This document shows positions 40,153 through 49,692 of a stretch of 64,000 bases of DNA, piece after piece. The notes beneath the pieces were generated by a model. The model was not told where the DNA came from, made no database searches, and saw only the letters and a list, made by a program, of their open reading frames with translations. Source of the DNA: an uncultured Poribacteria bacterium (lineage in GTDB: Bacteria > Poribacteria > WGA-4E > WGA-3G); NCBI GenBank assembly GCA_958296135.2, contig CATQHZ020000001.1:1856001-1920000 (forward strand), in the 5' to 3' direction. Position numbers and translations under genes: made by a program. The number at the start of each line of letters is the position of its first letter. The stretch's first letter is position 1.

Positions 40153-41379
40153 CTACGTTTCTGATGCTGAAATTGGAGATGCATCGGCTAAAATTTCAGC
40201 ATAAAGTTCCAAATAGGCATCTGCGATGTGTTTCCAATCGTAGGGCTTTACGCGCTCGATGCTGGCTTTACCCATCGCAATGCGCTGTTCACCAGCATTG
40301 ATAAGTCTGACGAGGCATCGCGCGAGCCCATCTACATCGCCCGGGTCAAACACCTCGCCGTTAACGCCTGCGGCGACGAGTTCATCAATGCCTTGCACAC
40401 GGCTGGCGACAATCGGCAACCCTGTCCCCATCGCCTCCAGCACGACGAGCGGCATCCCTTCCGCCAGTGATGGCAAGATGAAGATATCCGCACGCCGATA
40501 CTTTTGTGGCAATTCGGCATACAGAACCGAACCTGAAAAGTGAATATGAGATGCAACACCGAGGCTTTCTGCCAATTTCACCAATTCGCCACGGTAGGGC
40601 CCATCGCCAACGATTTCGATTTCAAAAGTGGCCTCTGCCTTTTCCAGAAGGTGCGGCATCGCGCGGATAAGAAACTGGAATCCTTTGCGCGGGATAAGTC
40701 TGCCAATCGTGAGAATCCGAACGGTTTCTGGGTATGCTTCTCGCTGCACCGGTTCAAAACGCGCGAGATCCAACCCATCAGGGATGACTTTGATGTTCAC
40801 ATCCGCATCGGTTTCCTGAGCGAGTTCGCGCAAGCCTTCGCTACACGCTACCAACATCGAGGCACCGCCCCAAATCGCCCGGATAACGGGCTTGAGGAAC
40901 ATATAGAGCCACCGATAATAGGGCGGGTCTGGGTTCGGACGCGGCACATCGCGCCCGCCTAAAAACACAACATACGGCACCTTGCGAATCTGCTTTAAAA
41001 GATAGGCACCACCGCCCGCGGGAATGCCGAAAAAGACTTGGACGACATCGGGTTGAAACCTCCTCGCAAACTTCAACCCGTAAACGCTTGAACTGACAGC
41101 ATACGTCAACATTTCATGCACGGCGCAGACATCAGGGTTTTTCCGAAGCGCAGGCACCCGATGCACGTGGAAGTTACCTACCTTTTCCTCTTCCGCAGGC
41201 TGTAAGGGCGGATTCCTATATCCGCCCGCGTCTTCCGTTACAGGTAAATCTGCGAATTGCGACGTAATGAGATGCACCTCGTGCCCTGCCGCGGCGAAGT
41301 GTTTCCCTAAAAAGTAGCTTACCCAACCGCCGCCGCCGCCAATCGGTGGGAATTCATGATTGAACATCAGAATTTTCAT
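40153..41379 (-). CDS. GT4 glycosyltransferase
   Basis: MKILMFNHEFPPIGGG, GRLIPRKG, EGMPLVVLEAM. Confidence 0.92.
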   Translation of the reverse strand: MKILMFNHEFPPIGGGGGWVSYFLGKHFAAAGHEVHLITSQFADLPVTEDAGGYRNPPLQPAEEEKVGNFHVHRVPALRKNPDVCAVHEMLTYAVSSSVYGLKFARRFQPDVVQVFFGIPAGGGAYLLKQIRKVPYVVFLGGRDVPRPNPDPPYYRWLYMFLKPVIRAIWGGASMLVACSEGLRELAQETDADVNIKVIPDGLDLARFEPVQREAYPETVRILTIGRLIPRKGFQFLIRAMPHLLEKAEATFEIEIVGDGPYRGELVKLAESLGVASHIHFSGSVLYAELPQKYRRADIFILPSLAEGMPLVVLEAMGTGLPIVASRVQGIDELVAAGVNGEVFDPGDVDGLARCLVRLINAGEQRIAMGKASIERVKPYDWKHIADAYLELYAEILADASPISASET

Positions 41380-41455
41380 GATGATTGCCGCCGCAATGTT
41401 GAGGAATCGCGAGGGGAACCCTCGGCGATTCGCGCTCGCCGGGTTTTCCCTCGCG

Positions 41456-42400
41456 CTACAGGACATCAACGGCAAATCCGATAATTGCCGCCGCAATGTT
41501 GATACCGGTGACAGATTCAAGTTCCTCAAACCCCGGCGATGGGTTCACCTCTAGGATAACCGGTCCACCCGCCGTTTGGAGCAGGTCTACACCGGCGATG
41601 TCCAATTCCAACGCGGCGGTTGCGCGGACAGCGAGTGATCTTTCATTTTCGGAGAGGGTTACCGCTTCGCCTGATGCGCCTCGGTGGATATTTGCGCGGA
41701 ATTCGCCGGGCGGCGCGCTCCGCTTCATTGCAGCGATAACTTCGCCTCCCACCACGAGGATGCGGATATCAACGCTTCCCGTATTCAACTGTAAGGGCGG
41801 ATGTCTATATCCGCCCGCGTCCGAAATAAAAGGTTGAATTATATAATCTTGATGCAGTTCACACAGGGCATCCACCGCCGAAGTGAGGGAAGTCTGCGTA
41901 TCTAGCAACATAACGCCGCTGCCGTGCGTGCCGTAGAACGGCTTTAAAATAAACGGGTAGTCGCCGAGCTCGGCGACAGCCTCATCCAAAAACTCGGCGG
42001 CACCGACGGTGAGACTCGGCGGCACCGGCAATCCGTGTTGCGCGAGGATGCGCAAGGAACGGAACTTATGGCGCGCGGTAGCTATCGCTTGTGCGCGATT
42101 CATCACCGGGGTGCCGAGCCATTCAAAATGCGCGATGACTTCTTGTCCGTATGCCGCCGTTGAGCTGCTGATGCGCGGAATGACGACATCAATATCTTCT
42201 ACCGACGCGCCTTCATAAGTCAGGCTATTGCCGCTGCCGCATTTTGCAGTAGGCGCGCTTTGCGAGCGCGCCCCACCGATGCGGAGATAGAATCCAAACG
42301 GATCAAGAATGTGGGCAGTATGTCCGGCATTTTCGGCGGCTTCATAGAGACTTCGCGTGGAATAATTTTGGGAGCCCCGTGAGAGAATAGCGATTTTCAT
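41456..42400 (-). CDS. rimK: RimK-family ATP-grasp ligase
   Basis: MKIAILSR..YST, IPRI, GTHGSGV, DIRILVVGG, EFRANIHRG, GVDLL, LEVNPSPG. Confidence 0.85.
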   Translation of the reverse strand: MKIAILSRGSQNYSTRSLYEAAENAGHTAHILDPFGFYLRIGGARSQSAPTAKCGSGNSLTYEGASVEDIDVVIPRISSSTAAYGQEVIAHFEWLGTPVMNRAQAIATARHKFRSLRILAQHGLPVPPSLTVGAAEFLDEAVAELGDYPFILKPFYGTHGSGVMLLDTQTSLTSAVDALCELHQDYIIQPFISDAGGYRHPPLQLNTGSVDIRILVVGGEVIAAMKRSAPPGEFRANIHRGASGEAVTLSENERSLAVRATAALELDIAGVDLLQTAGGPVILEVNPSPGFEELESVTGINIAAAIIGFAVDVL

Positions 42401-42512
42401 TTTTTGTCTGACTTTCGGCAAGGATTTCTCTTACATCACGTTCTTCTGCGTTTCGGTTGCAACTTTGGGGTTCAAGGGTTGATTGATTTTTCGCAGTTCG
42501 GCAGCAGCAACA

Positions 42513-43934
42513 CTACCCGAACGCAGTTTTAAGCTGTCCCAGCTGTCCCACTGCTTCTATCGCATCCTCAATCTCTTTTCTAGGGACGTTCGCGATAGTT
42601 GCATGGCTGAGCGGATTCAGAATACGACTCCGATACAATTCAATCTCGCTAATGAGCGATTGGGTTAAAAAGGCAGACTTCTGATTTTCAACTTTTATCG
42701 CATCCCAGAAATCCTGACTGTCCAATTTATTCGGTTCGCTGCGGTACCTGACCGGGATACGCTTTTTATCGCAGCATCTCTTGATTGCCTCCTCAAAAGC
42801 GGTACGCAGGTAAATTGCACACGCTTTGTAGTCGTTCAAGGTGAGAAATTCCCTCGCTTTGTCAAGATACGCTTTATCTGCCACGTAGATAGGGATTTCG
42901 TATTCATCGGTTTTCGAGAAATAGAATTCGGCGTATTTCCAATCTTTTTCTGATGTCCGTTGCTTGACAACCTCATACCATACCTTATCGTAGGTGGTTA
43001 GAAAGATTTGGTGATTCGGGAAATACGCCGCCAGAATGTCAAGCACCGGCAGCCGATTTGACATATCCAAGCCGATAAGCACATCGTCCAACGCGAGCAC
43101 CTTCAAGTCGCTCTCTGGCTGAAGGAGAATTGCCGCAAAATAGATAGCGAGAGAAATCGCCGACAACTTCGCCTCATTGAGGAAAAGGTGATGTGCCGGT
43201 ATTTCCCTGTCCAAGAATTCTACCGTTAAGAGGAGCTGCTGGTTATCTAGCGTCTTGGCTTCCCGGTTGTAGGTGATGCCTTCAAACGTGAGGTTGAGGG
43301 TAACGTCGTATCCGAACTTGCGGAGGATTTCGGATGCGAGCGTTTGTAGTTCTTCTACTTTATTCGTGAGTCCCCTATTGAAACGCTCTATTTGTTCATC
43401 TAATTCCGCAATCCGTGCTGCCGCGTTTCGGCGTGGACGAGGCGCGCTTTGGAGGGCCATCCATTCACCTCCAAGGGCTTGCGCGGTTACCTGATTAATA
43501 GTGTTAGCAAGAAGACTCTCCACTAGCAATTTGAAGAGATTCACATTGTCTGATTTGCTATGGAGAAAGTGGGTTTCCAGCAGCACCTTATAGTCAAGGC
43601 AGCCTTTGGATTTTGAAGCCGCAAGAATTAGCGGATTATCTGTCTCGTTCCTAACAGTCTGCGACCACTCATAGATGGCCTCATTTGCTTTCGGATCCTC
43701 GCGCAGATGAAGTTTGATGTAGCCATCATCGGCGTTGAAGATGTTCCGGTGCCTTTCAAATGGCGACCTTTCCTCACTAGACTCCAAGAACAATTTCAAC
43801 GCGAGATACAGCGACGATTTGCCGCTTCCGTTCTCACCGTAGACGAGGAGATTCTTACCAGCCTTATGCAAGTCAATCTGGTAGGTGCCGTAGAAAGCTC
43901 TGAAGTTTTTGAGCTCGATTCCGGTAATTCTCAT
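42513..43934 (-). CDS. ABC/SMC-type ATPase with a C-terminal HEPN-like domain (RloC/PrrC-like architecture)
   Basis: NFRAF, Walker A GENGSGKS, FLNEAK signature-like, Walker B LALDDV..LD; C-terminal LRTAFEE and R-ILNPLS-H. Confidence 0.8.
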   Translation of the reverse strand: MRITGIELKNFRAFYGTYQIDLHKAGKNLLVYGENGSGKSSLYLALKLFLESSEERSPFERHRNIFNADDGYIKLHLREDPKANEAIYEWSQTVRNETDNPLILAASKSKGCLDYKVLLETHFLHSKSDNVNLFKLLVESLLANTINQVTAQALGGEWMALQSAPRPRRNAAARIAELDEQIERFNRGLTNKVEELQTLASEILRKFGYDVTLNLTFEGITYNREAKTLDNQQLLLTVEFLDREIPAHHLFLNEAKLSAISLAIYFAAILLQPESDLKVLALDDVLIGLDMSNRLPVLDILAAYFPNHQIFLTTYDKVWYEVVKQRTSEKDWKYAEFYFSKTDEYEIPIYVADKAYLDKAREFLTLNDYKACAIYLRTAFEEAIKRCCDKKRIPVRYRSEPNKLDSQDFWDAIKVENQKSAFLTQSLISEIELYRSRILNPLSHATIANVPRKEIEDAIEAVGQLGQLKTAFG

Positions 43935-45868
43935 CGTTGCTTACTCTCAATGATGCGGATCGGTTTCAAAGTATCTAAAAAGAAATGGTTTTTCCGAACC
44001 GGATGATGTTTGTCAAACAGATGCTCAAAGATTTCGCGGATAGCAGGCACTTTATCATCGCCCGGAATCTCCTCAAGTTGCGGAAGACACTCATCAAACA
44101 GCGGCTGGAAGAAGTATTTATCCCCCTGATGGAGTTCATCGGGCAGATAGAGCTCATAAACCAGCCCATCAAGGATATGCCCAAAATACGCTACCATCAC
44201 GTAGTCGCGAGCGTTGGTTAACTCAGACCCGTCTGTCGTCGGCAACTTCTTAAGATAGAGGATGTATTCAACCAACTTGTGGAGGAGCGATCTCTGCGCC
44301 GAATCCATATCCGGAATCGGAATTTGCGCGACGGACCGGGGCGAAAACGTTAAAAATGAATCCTTCCGCTTCTGTGGTGTCGTTCGCGCGTGAAACCATG
44401 AAACCGCTCGCGTATTAAGCACACCGAGGATCCACAAATCTTGTGTAGGTAGAACAAACGAAGGGCTTCCGACATAGTAGCCTTCGTCATCAAAAGCAAA
44501 CGCCGTTTCGCTCGCCATGTACGGATAAACACATTTCGGCCGCTCAAAGCGAACGGGATCCCTAGCGGACTCTAGGAGTTCGTACCATTCCCGCCGACCG
44601 ATTCTCTCTTGCAGCACATCCTTGTATTCTTCCAAGTGCTTCTTAATCGCCGGGTAAGCATTGAGCTCTATTCCCCGATGGGTGAAAATGAGCCACCTAT
44701 TGCTTGGCTTCACGCGCCAACGTTTAATATCACGCATACCTAGAAACGGCTTCAAAATATCGGCAGATGATGGATGCGCTGCAATCAACGCATCCCGTGT
44801 GGCCGGGTCTATGATAAATGCTTTGTTCAACCCGGTTATAATACCGCTAGACCGTCCCTGAACGTATTCACCCAATGGTTTGCCAGCACAACGAAACTTC
44901 TCCAACAGTTGCAAGACCGCGTGGGTGTTCCGCAATTCGCCATCAGGAGTTAAAATCTTCTGCGTCGTAGTAAGACTGTTTACCGGATATTGCCTCAACA
45001 TTGCAACAATGTCTTCCGGCACCTTGAGCCCGTTCCGATTCTCAAACATTGAAACGCTTCTATAGGTGTTATGAAAAGCCGCGGTAATATCCATGCCCAA
45101 GTTCTTGGCGGCTGTCAAGTCTGCTCTAGCTTTATCCCATTCCCGCAGACTTAACCAGCCTTCACCGCGATTGTAAAAGGCATGGGCAAACTCCGGTTTT
45201 AGTTTTATCGCCATCGTCCAGTCTTCAATAGCGCGCGGCGAAATTGCTGTTTTCGCGTGGGCCATACCACGATTGTAATAAGCCTCGGCATACCACGGCT
45301 TGAGGTGAATTGCATCAGAGTAGGCTTCAACCGCCTTGTCCAATTGTCCGAATGTCATCAAAACGTTGCCGCGTTGGAACGCTAATTCGGCGTGTAATTC
45401 TTTTTCAGACATCTCGGACGGCGGATTCGCCTGAGATTGCATTGCGGTAACCGTGCTTTGGATGCGTTCCACTACATTTTTCCACCCACGACTTTCAGGT
45501 TTCCACGCGCGAATCGGTTTGCCTTTGTCAGGGAGAACCGGGAAGTCACTGAGTGGATGACGGAGCCAGTCACATTCCTCAATGATAATGGGAATGACGC
45601 GCATATTTGCGTTTAATGCCGCTGCCAACTCCTCGTTGCAATTTTCCGAAGCCAAGCTAGCAGCGGAGGTCAAGTAGAGCAGCAGGTTCAGCTTCGCGAG
45701 GCTGCTGAAAATAGCGTCGCGCCATTTGTCGCCGGCAGCGATTTCGGTATCGTGCCAGAGGCTTATCAAACCCTCGCGCTCTAGGGCAGCAAGGTGCGCT
45801 ATCAATTTATCCTTTGCCGCGGTATCTTTATGCGAGTAGGTGATGAAGATCTTTACCGGCTTGCTCAC
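43931..45868 (-). CDS. TIR domain + TPR repeats + Type IIG/TaqI-C-like target-recognition domain fusion
   Basis: IFITYSHKD..WHDTEI.AG..W..ASENCNEEL (TIR); AYYNRG, AFYNRG (TPR); GKPLGEY..GIITGLNKAFIID..KPFL..RDIKRW..WYEL..LGVLNT..IPIP..IDGLVYELY-like segment (TaqI_C-like). Confidence 0.8.
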   Translation of the reverse strand: MSKPVKIFITYSHKDTAAKDKLIAHLAALEREGLISLWHDTEIAAGDKWRDAIFSSLAKLNLLLYLTSAASLASENCNEELAAALNANMRVIPIIIEECDWLRHPLSDFPVLPDKGKPIRAWKPESRGWKNVVERIQSTVTAMQSQANPPSEMSEKELHAELAFQRGNVLMTFGQLDKAVEAYSDAIHLKPWYAEAYYNRGMAHAKTAISPRAIEDWTMAIKLKPEFAHAFYNRGEGWLSLREWDKARADLTAAKNLGMDITAAFHNTYRSVSMFENRNGLKVPEDIVAMLRQYPVNSLTTTQKILTPDGELRNTHAVLQLLEKFRCAGKPLGEYVQGRSSGIITGLNKAFIIDPATRDALIAAHPSSADILKPFLGMRDIKRWRVKPSNRWLIFTHRGIELNAYPAIKKHLEEYKDVLQERIGRREWYELLESARDPVRFERPKCVYPYMASETAFAFDDEGYYVGSPSFVLPTQDLWILGVLNTRAVSWFHARTTPQKRKDSFLTFSPRSVAQIPIPDMDSAQRSLLHKLVEYILYLKKLPTTDGSELTNARDYVMVAYFGHILDGLVYELYLPDELHQGDKYFFQPLFDECLPQLEEIPGDDKVPAIREIFEHLFDKHHPVRKNHFFLDTLKPIRIIESKQR

Positions 45869-45907
45869 GACTTTTCCTCCGCTGGGGTGCTAATTTGCGT
45901 TGGAGGC

Positions 45908-45936
45908 ATGATAACCTATTCGCGCAGAAATGTCAA
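45908..45936 (-). promoter_or_regulatory. sigma70-type promoter of the TIR-ATPase operon
   Basis: TTGACA-N17-TATCAT; RBS GGAGG before GTG 45868. Confidence 0.65.
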
Positions 45937-46040
45937 CAAGAATTCACGGCGGCGATAAACATAACGCTACGGTTCAAGATAGGCAAGCACTTGCAGGATA
46001 AAACTCGCTGCTTATTCTCCGTTTCATGATAGCATCCATA

Positions 46041-46838
46041 TTAAGCTGAAGCGGCCTGATACATCTCCCGCATTACTATCAGGATATCCCGCGGCGCACC
46101 GAAAGTATCAGTGAGATAGCGTTTTTCTGCCTGCGTTCTGATGTCTTCGGGGATGCCATGCAGTGCCTCGGCGATAGGACCGGCGATGGCGGCGAGGGTA
46201 TCCGAATCGCCACCGAGAGAGATGGCGTTACGCACCGCATCCTCAAAACTCACGGATGCCAGCGCGCACGTGATTGCCGGTGGTACCGAGCCCTGGCAAG
46301 TCACGTCAAACTTGTACCAGGGTCGGATTTCGTCCACTGTCTGGGACAAGTCGTAGTCATATTTGGAGGTGATAGCCTCGCGGATGCTATCTACATTTTC
46401 GCCCTGATACGCGAGCCAAATCGCATGAGTTGTCGCTCGTGCGCCCTTTATGCCTTCCGGATGATTGTGCGTAATCGCAGTCACCTTGTCGGAGGCGGCA
46501 AGGGCTGCATCCAGATTATCGCGGTTGAGGAACGCCGCAGGCGAGACGCGCATGGCAGCACCGTTTCCGAAACTGTCATAAGGCTCAGGCACATCGCGAT
46601 AAATCCACTTCCCAAACATGCCGCCGTAGCCGCCCCGCGGATGACAGCGGCACCACTTCTGCATCGTCGCCGCGGGCGGGAGTTCGTGTAGCAGTATATC
46701 CGCTACCGCTGCTGTGCAAATCGAATCGTCCGTGAACCGGCAGTCTGTGCCAAAGAAAGGAAAATCCTTGGTTTTGATCTGATGCCTGCGTCTCTCATAT
46801 ATTGAGCCGACAATGTCGCCGATAATCGCGCCTATCAC
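46041..46838 (-). CDS. ADP-ribosylglycohydrolase (DraG/ARH family)
   Basis: GAIIGDIVGS, FTDDS, SFGNGAAMRVSP, THNHPEG, GGDSDT; RBS GGAGG before GTG 46838. Confidence 0.92.
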   Translation of the reverse strand: MIGAIIGDIVGSIYERRRHQIKTKDFPFFGTDCRFTDDSICTAAVADILLHELPPAATMQKWCRCHPRGGYGGMFGKWIYRDVPEPYDSFGNGAAMRVSPAAFLNRDNLDAALAASDKVTAITHNHPEGIKGARATTHAIWLAYQGENVDSIREAITSKYDYDLSQTVDEIRPWYKFDVTCQGSVPPAITCALASVSFEDAVRNAISLGGDSDTLAAIAGPIAEALHGIPEDIRTQAEKRYLTDTFGAPRDILIVMREMYQAASA

Positions 46839-46970
46839 GTTTCCTCCGCCGCCGTGGATGCCTCCGTTACGAGGCTCTAGCGGATTTTGTCCCAAAGACA
46901 AGAACGTTTGGGAATTTCGTAGGCGCGGTGTGCACCCGCGCCTACGGGGTTCCTCCTGCACAAGTCAGGA

Positions 46971-48629
46971 TTAGACCTCGGAATAAACCCAGATTTGGAG
47001 TGCCTTCTCGGCGAGTTCCTCTGCCCTTTCTCGGATAGTCTCTTCGTCCCACTTCTCCGCTCGGGCAAGGCTACGATTCAAGCGCAACGGGCTATCGCGA
47101 AATCCGTCTTTCATATACTGCTTCTCGCGGAAGGAGCGATTGCCCAACTTTGAATTGGAACCCGTAAAGGTGAGGTTCCCGATCGTGTGGAGGTACTTCT
47201 CCTGCGTTTCTCGGAAGTTTCCGCCAAGTTCAGCTTCCCATGCCTCAGACAGTGTTTGCGGCATCACGTGCTCGGTTGAGTACTCCGAAACGTTAACGGG
47301 TTCTCTACGTTCATAGTTTTCCAATTTGCGCAGCAGATACTCGCGCCTGTCAAAATTATAGACATCTTTAACCATCAATTCCCGCCGGAACTCGGAGTTG
47401 GCTGGATAACGTCTGTAGGCGGACATTCTCAAGAAAGCGGCCTTCACACTTTGAAGGTAATTGCTTTTGTCAATTTCCTTCGTCAGTCCCGCGAAGGTCT
47501 TATTCAAACTGTTCGTTGGAATACCACAGATAGCGCGCCGGAAGACGTAACTCTCCACCAACCGAAGAATCTCAATCAGTTCGGATTTTTCGATACGGCA
47601 TTGCGTCCAATCCTCATAGACTCCAAGTAAGAACGGAAACGCTACTTCAACGCCAAGGTCCAGAATATCCGCAAAACAATCTCGGATTTCCTGATCTTCT
47701 TCTTGAAGCAAAGCAATACGAACATAGTGCCTTGAATAGCGCGCAATTGCCGCAACCGCTTCTAACGCGTCCTGAGATTCTATGCTAGGAACATGCACTT
47801 TGAAACTCTCGTAAACGCTGCGAATGTTTGGGATCTTCCCTGTCATTAACGTGAGATAGTCTCTTATGAACCGGTCAAACCGCTTGGAGTATGCGTCCCC
47901 AAAACGTTGCTCCATAGGAAACCAATACTCTTCGTAAAGCATCTTCTGGAGATCGGTATCCTGGCCCATAAGCACGTAGTTGCGTATGAGATCCGCTTGC
48001 GATAGGCTGAGTCCAGTGGAATTGAGGCTCTCAAAGATCAGTTGCGGATTATCATGTCCACGCTCTAGCGCGATGTCCACAATCATTAACTTTTTAATGC
48101 CCTCGTATACTACGCCAAGTTCAGCTCTTTCAAGCTTGACTTTAAAAAAGGCGTAGTTCTCCACCAAGCGATGTGAAGCATCTGCGGGTTCTCTACGCTC
48201 CAACAACTGGATCAGCGTATCCTTGTCATGGCGCGTTAACAGTTGTTTGTAGCGCAGTTCGTCCTCTTCATCGGCGTTAAAAAGATAATAATTTGAGAGT
48301 TGTCTGGGACTTATGCCAATGTCACTACGCTTTTCTTCAATTGCTTTACCGAGTCCCAAAAGCAAAAGAGATAGGGTAGTTAACCGTTGTTGCCCATCAA
48401 TAACCAGAAATTCTGGCACCGTTGAAATGTTCCCAACCCCCGGTTGCATGTAGACGATTGAACCGAGAAAATGAGACGTAATCCCCGGATTTGCTCCGAT
48501 GCGCATGATGTCATCCCACAGCCGTTGGCAGTGCTTCTTTTCCCAACTATATCTGCGTTGAAAGATGGGAACAAGAAACTGCTTCGGTCCTTGAAGGAAT
48601 CGCAAAAAACTTGTTTCGTTTGCTTTCAT
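46971..48629 (-). CDS. gmrSD: GmrSD-type (DUF262-DUF1524) modification-dependent restriction endonuclease
   Basis: VPIFQRRYSW, IDGQQRLTT, IFESLNSTG, EHVMPQ..HTIGNLT..N. Confidence 0.9.
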   Translation of the reverse strand: MKANETSFLRFLQGPKQFLVPIFQRRYSWEKKHCQRLWDDIMRIGANPGITSHFLGSIVYMQPGVGNISTVPEFLVIDGQQRLTTLSLLLLGLGKAIEEKRSDIGISPRQLSNYYLFNADEEDELRYKQLLTRHDKDTLIQLLERREPADASHRLVENYAFFKVKLERAELGVVYEGIKKLMIVDIALERGHDNPQLIFESLNSTGLSLSQADLIRNYVLMGQDTDLQKMLYEEYWFPMEQRFGDAYSKRFDRFIRDYLTLMTGKIPNIRSVYESFKVHVPSIESQDALEAVAAIARYSRHYVRIALLQEEDQEIRDCFADILDLGVEVAFPFLLGVYEDWTQCRIEKSELIEILRLVESYVFRRAICGIPTNSLNKTFAGLTKEIDKSNYLQSVKAAFLRMSAYRRYPANSEFRRELMVKDVYNFDRREYLLRKLENYERREPVNVSEYSTEHVMPQTLSEAWEAELGGNFRETQEKYLHTIGNLTFTGSNSKLGNRSFREKQYMKDGFRDSPLRLNRSLARAEKWDEETIRERAEELAEKALQIWVYSEV

Positions 48630-48683
48630 AATCCTCCCTCTATCGTTAGGATTTAGAGTTGAAATGCCTTCAACCCATAATAT

Positions 48684-48712
48684 ATTATACGATATGTCCA
48701 ATCGAAAGTCAA
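48684..48712 (-). promoter_or_regulatory. sigma70-type promoter for gmrSD
   Basis: TTGACT-N17-TATAAT. Confidence 0.65.
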
Positions 48713-48898
48713 ATTTATTTTCCCGCGGAGCAGGTTTGGGCTCGGTTGGAGCATAGCGAGGAAACCCTCGGCGATTAGTGCTCGCCGGGCCCTCGTCCTA
48801 CGGTAGGAGACGTAGTCGATTGGGAAATAAAAAAGCGTTGCATTTTTATGCAAATTCGGTTAACCTATATAAAATAGCACAGAACGATGGAGGACACC

Positions 48899-49675
48899 AT
48901 GGAATACTTAGCATACGGAAAAACGGGTTTGGAAATATCGCGGCTCTGCCTCGGCGCGGGGCATCTCAACCATACCTGCGACAGTTACGCATCCGGTGGT
49001 GCACTGATGCTGAAAGCACTTGACGAAGGCATCACCTTTTGGGATACCGCCGAAGGATATGGCACGCAGCCGCATCTCGGTGAGGCAGTGCAGCAGATTC
49101 GCCGGGAAGAAGTTGTCATCCAAACGAAGACAGGCGCGAAAGATTACGACGGTGCCGCGCAAAGCATCGCGCGTTCCCTTCGCGAACTGAAAACCGAGTA
49201 TCTGGATGTCCTGCTGTTGCATGGTATCGCCACGCCGGAAGACTTAGCATCGCGAGAAGGCGCGCTTGAGGCGTTCCGCGATGCCAAAACGGCTGGCAAA
49301 ATCCGGATTATCGGGTGTTCCACGCACATTTACACCGGCCCTGTCATGGATGCAGTTATCGCGCATCCGGAACTTGATGTCATCCTCACTACTGCGAATA
49401 AGGAGGGGCGGATGTTAGAAGGTGGGCCGTTTGCACAGCATCTAGACTACATCCAGCGTGCCTACGACGCGGGGAAAGGCATAAGCATCATGAAGGTTAT
49501 CGTCGCGGGCGATATTCCGGAGGCGGATATGCCGGAATGGATCGAGTGGGGTTTCAACCTTGAGACAGCACACGCGATCAACCTCGGCATTACCGATTAC
49601 CGGCATATCACGCTGGATGTCGGGCTCGCCCGCGCCAGCGCAAGGCGGCGTTTGACGCAGCGCAAGGCGGCATAG
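48899..49675 (+). CDS. Aldo/keto reductase
   Basis: GKTGLEISRLCLG, FWDTAEGYG, SLRELKTEYLDVLLLH. Confidence 0.92.
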   Translation: MEYLAYGKTGLEISRLCLGAGHLNHTCDSYASGGALMLKALDEGITFWDTAEGYGTQPHLGEAVQQIRREEVVIQTKTGAKDYDGAAQSIARSLRELKTEYLDVLLLHGIATPEDLASREGALEAFRDAKTAGKIRIIGCSTHIYTGPVMDAVIAHPELDVILTTANKEGRMLEGGPFAQHLDYIQRAYDAGKGISIMKVIVAGDIPEADMPEWIEWGFNLETAHAINLGITDYRHITLDVGLARASARRRLTQRKAA

Positions 49676-49692
49676 AGGAGGTTCCGAAAACC

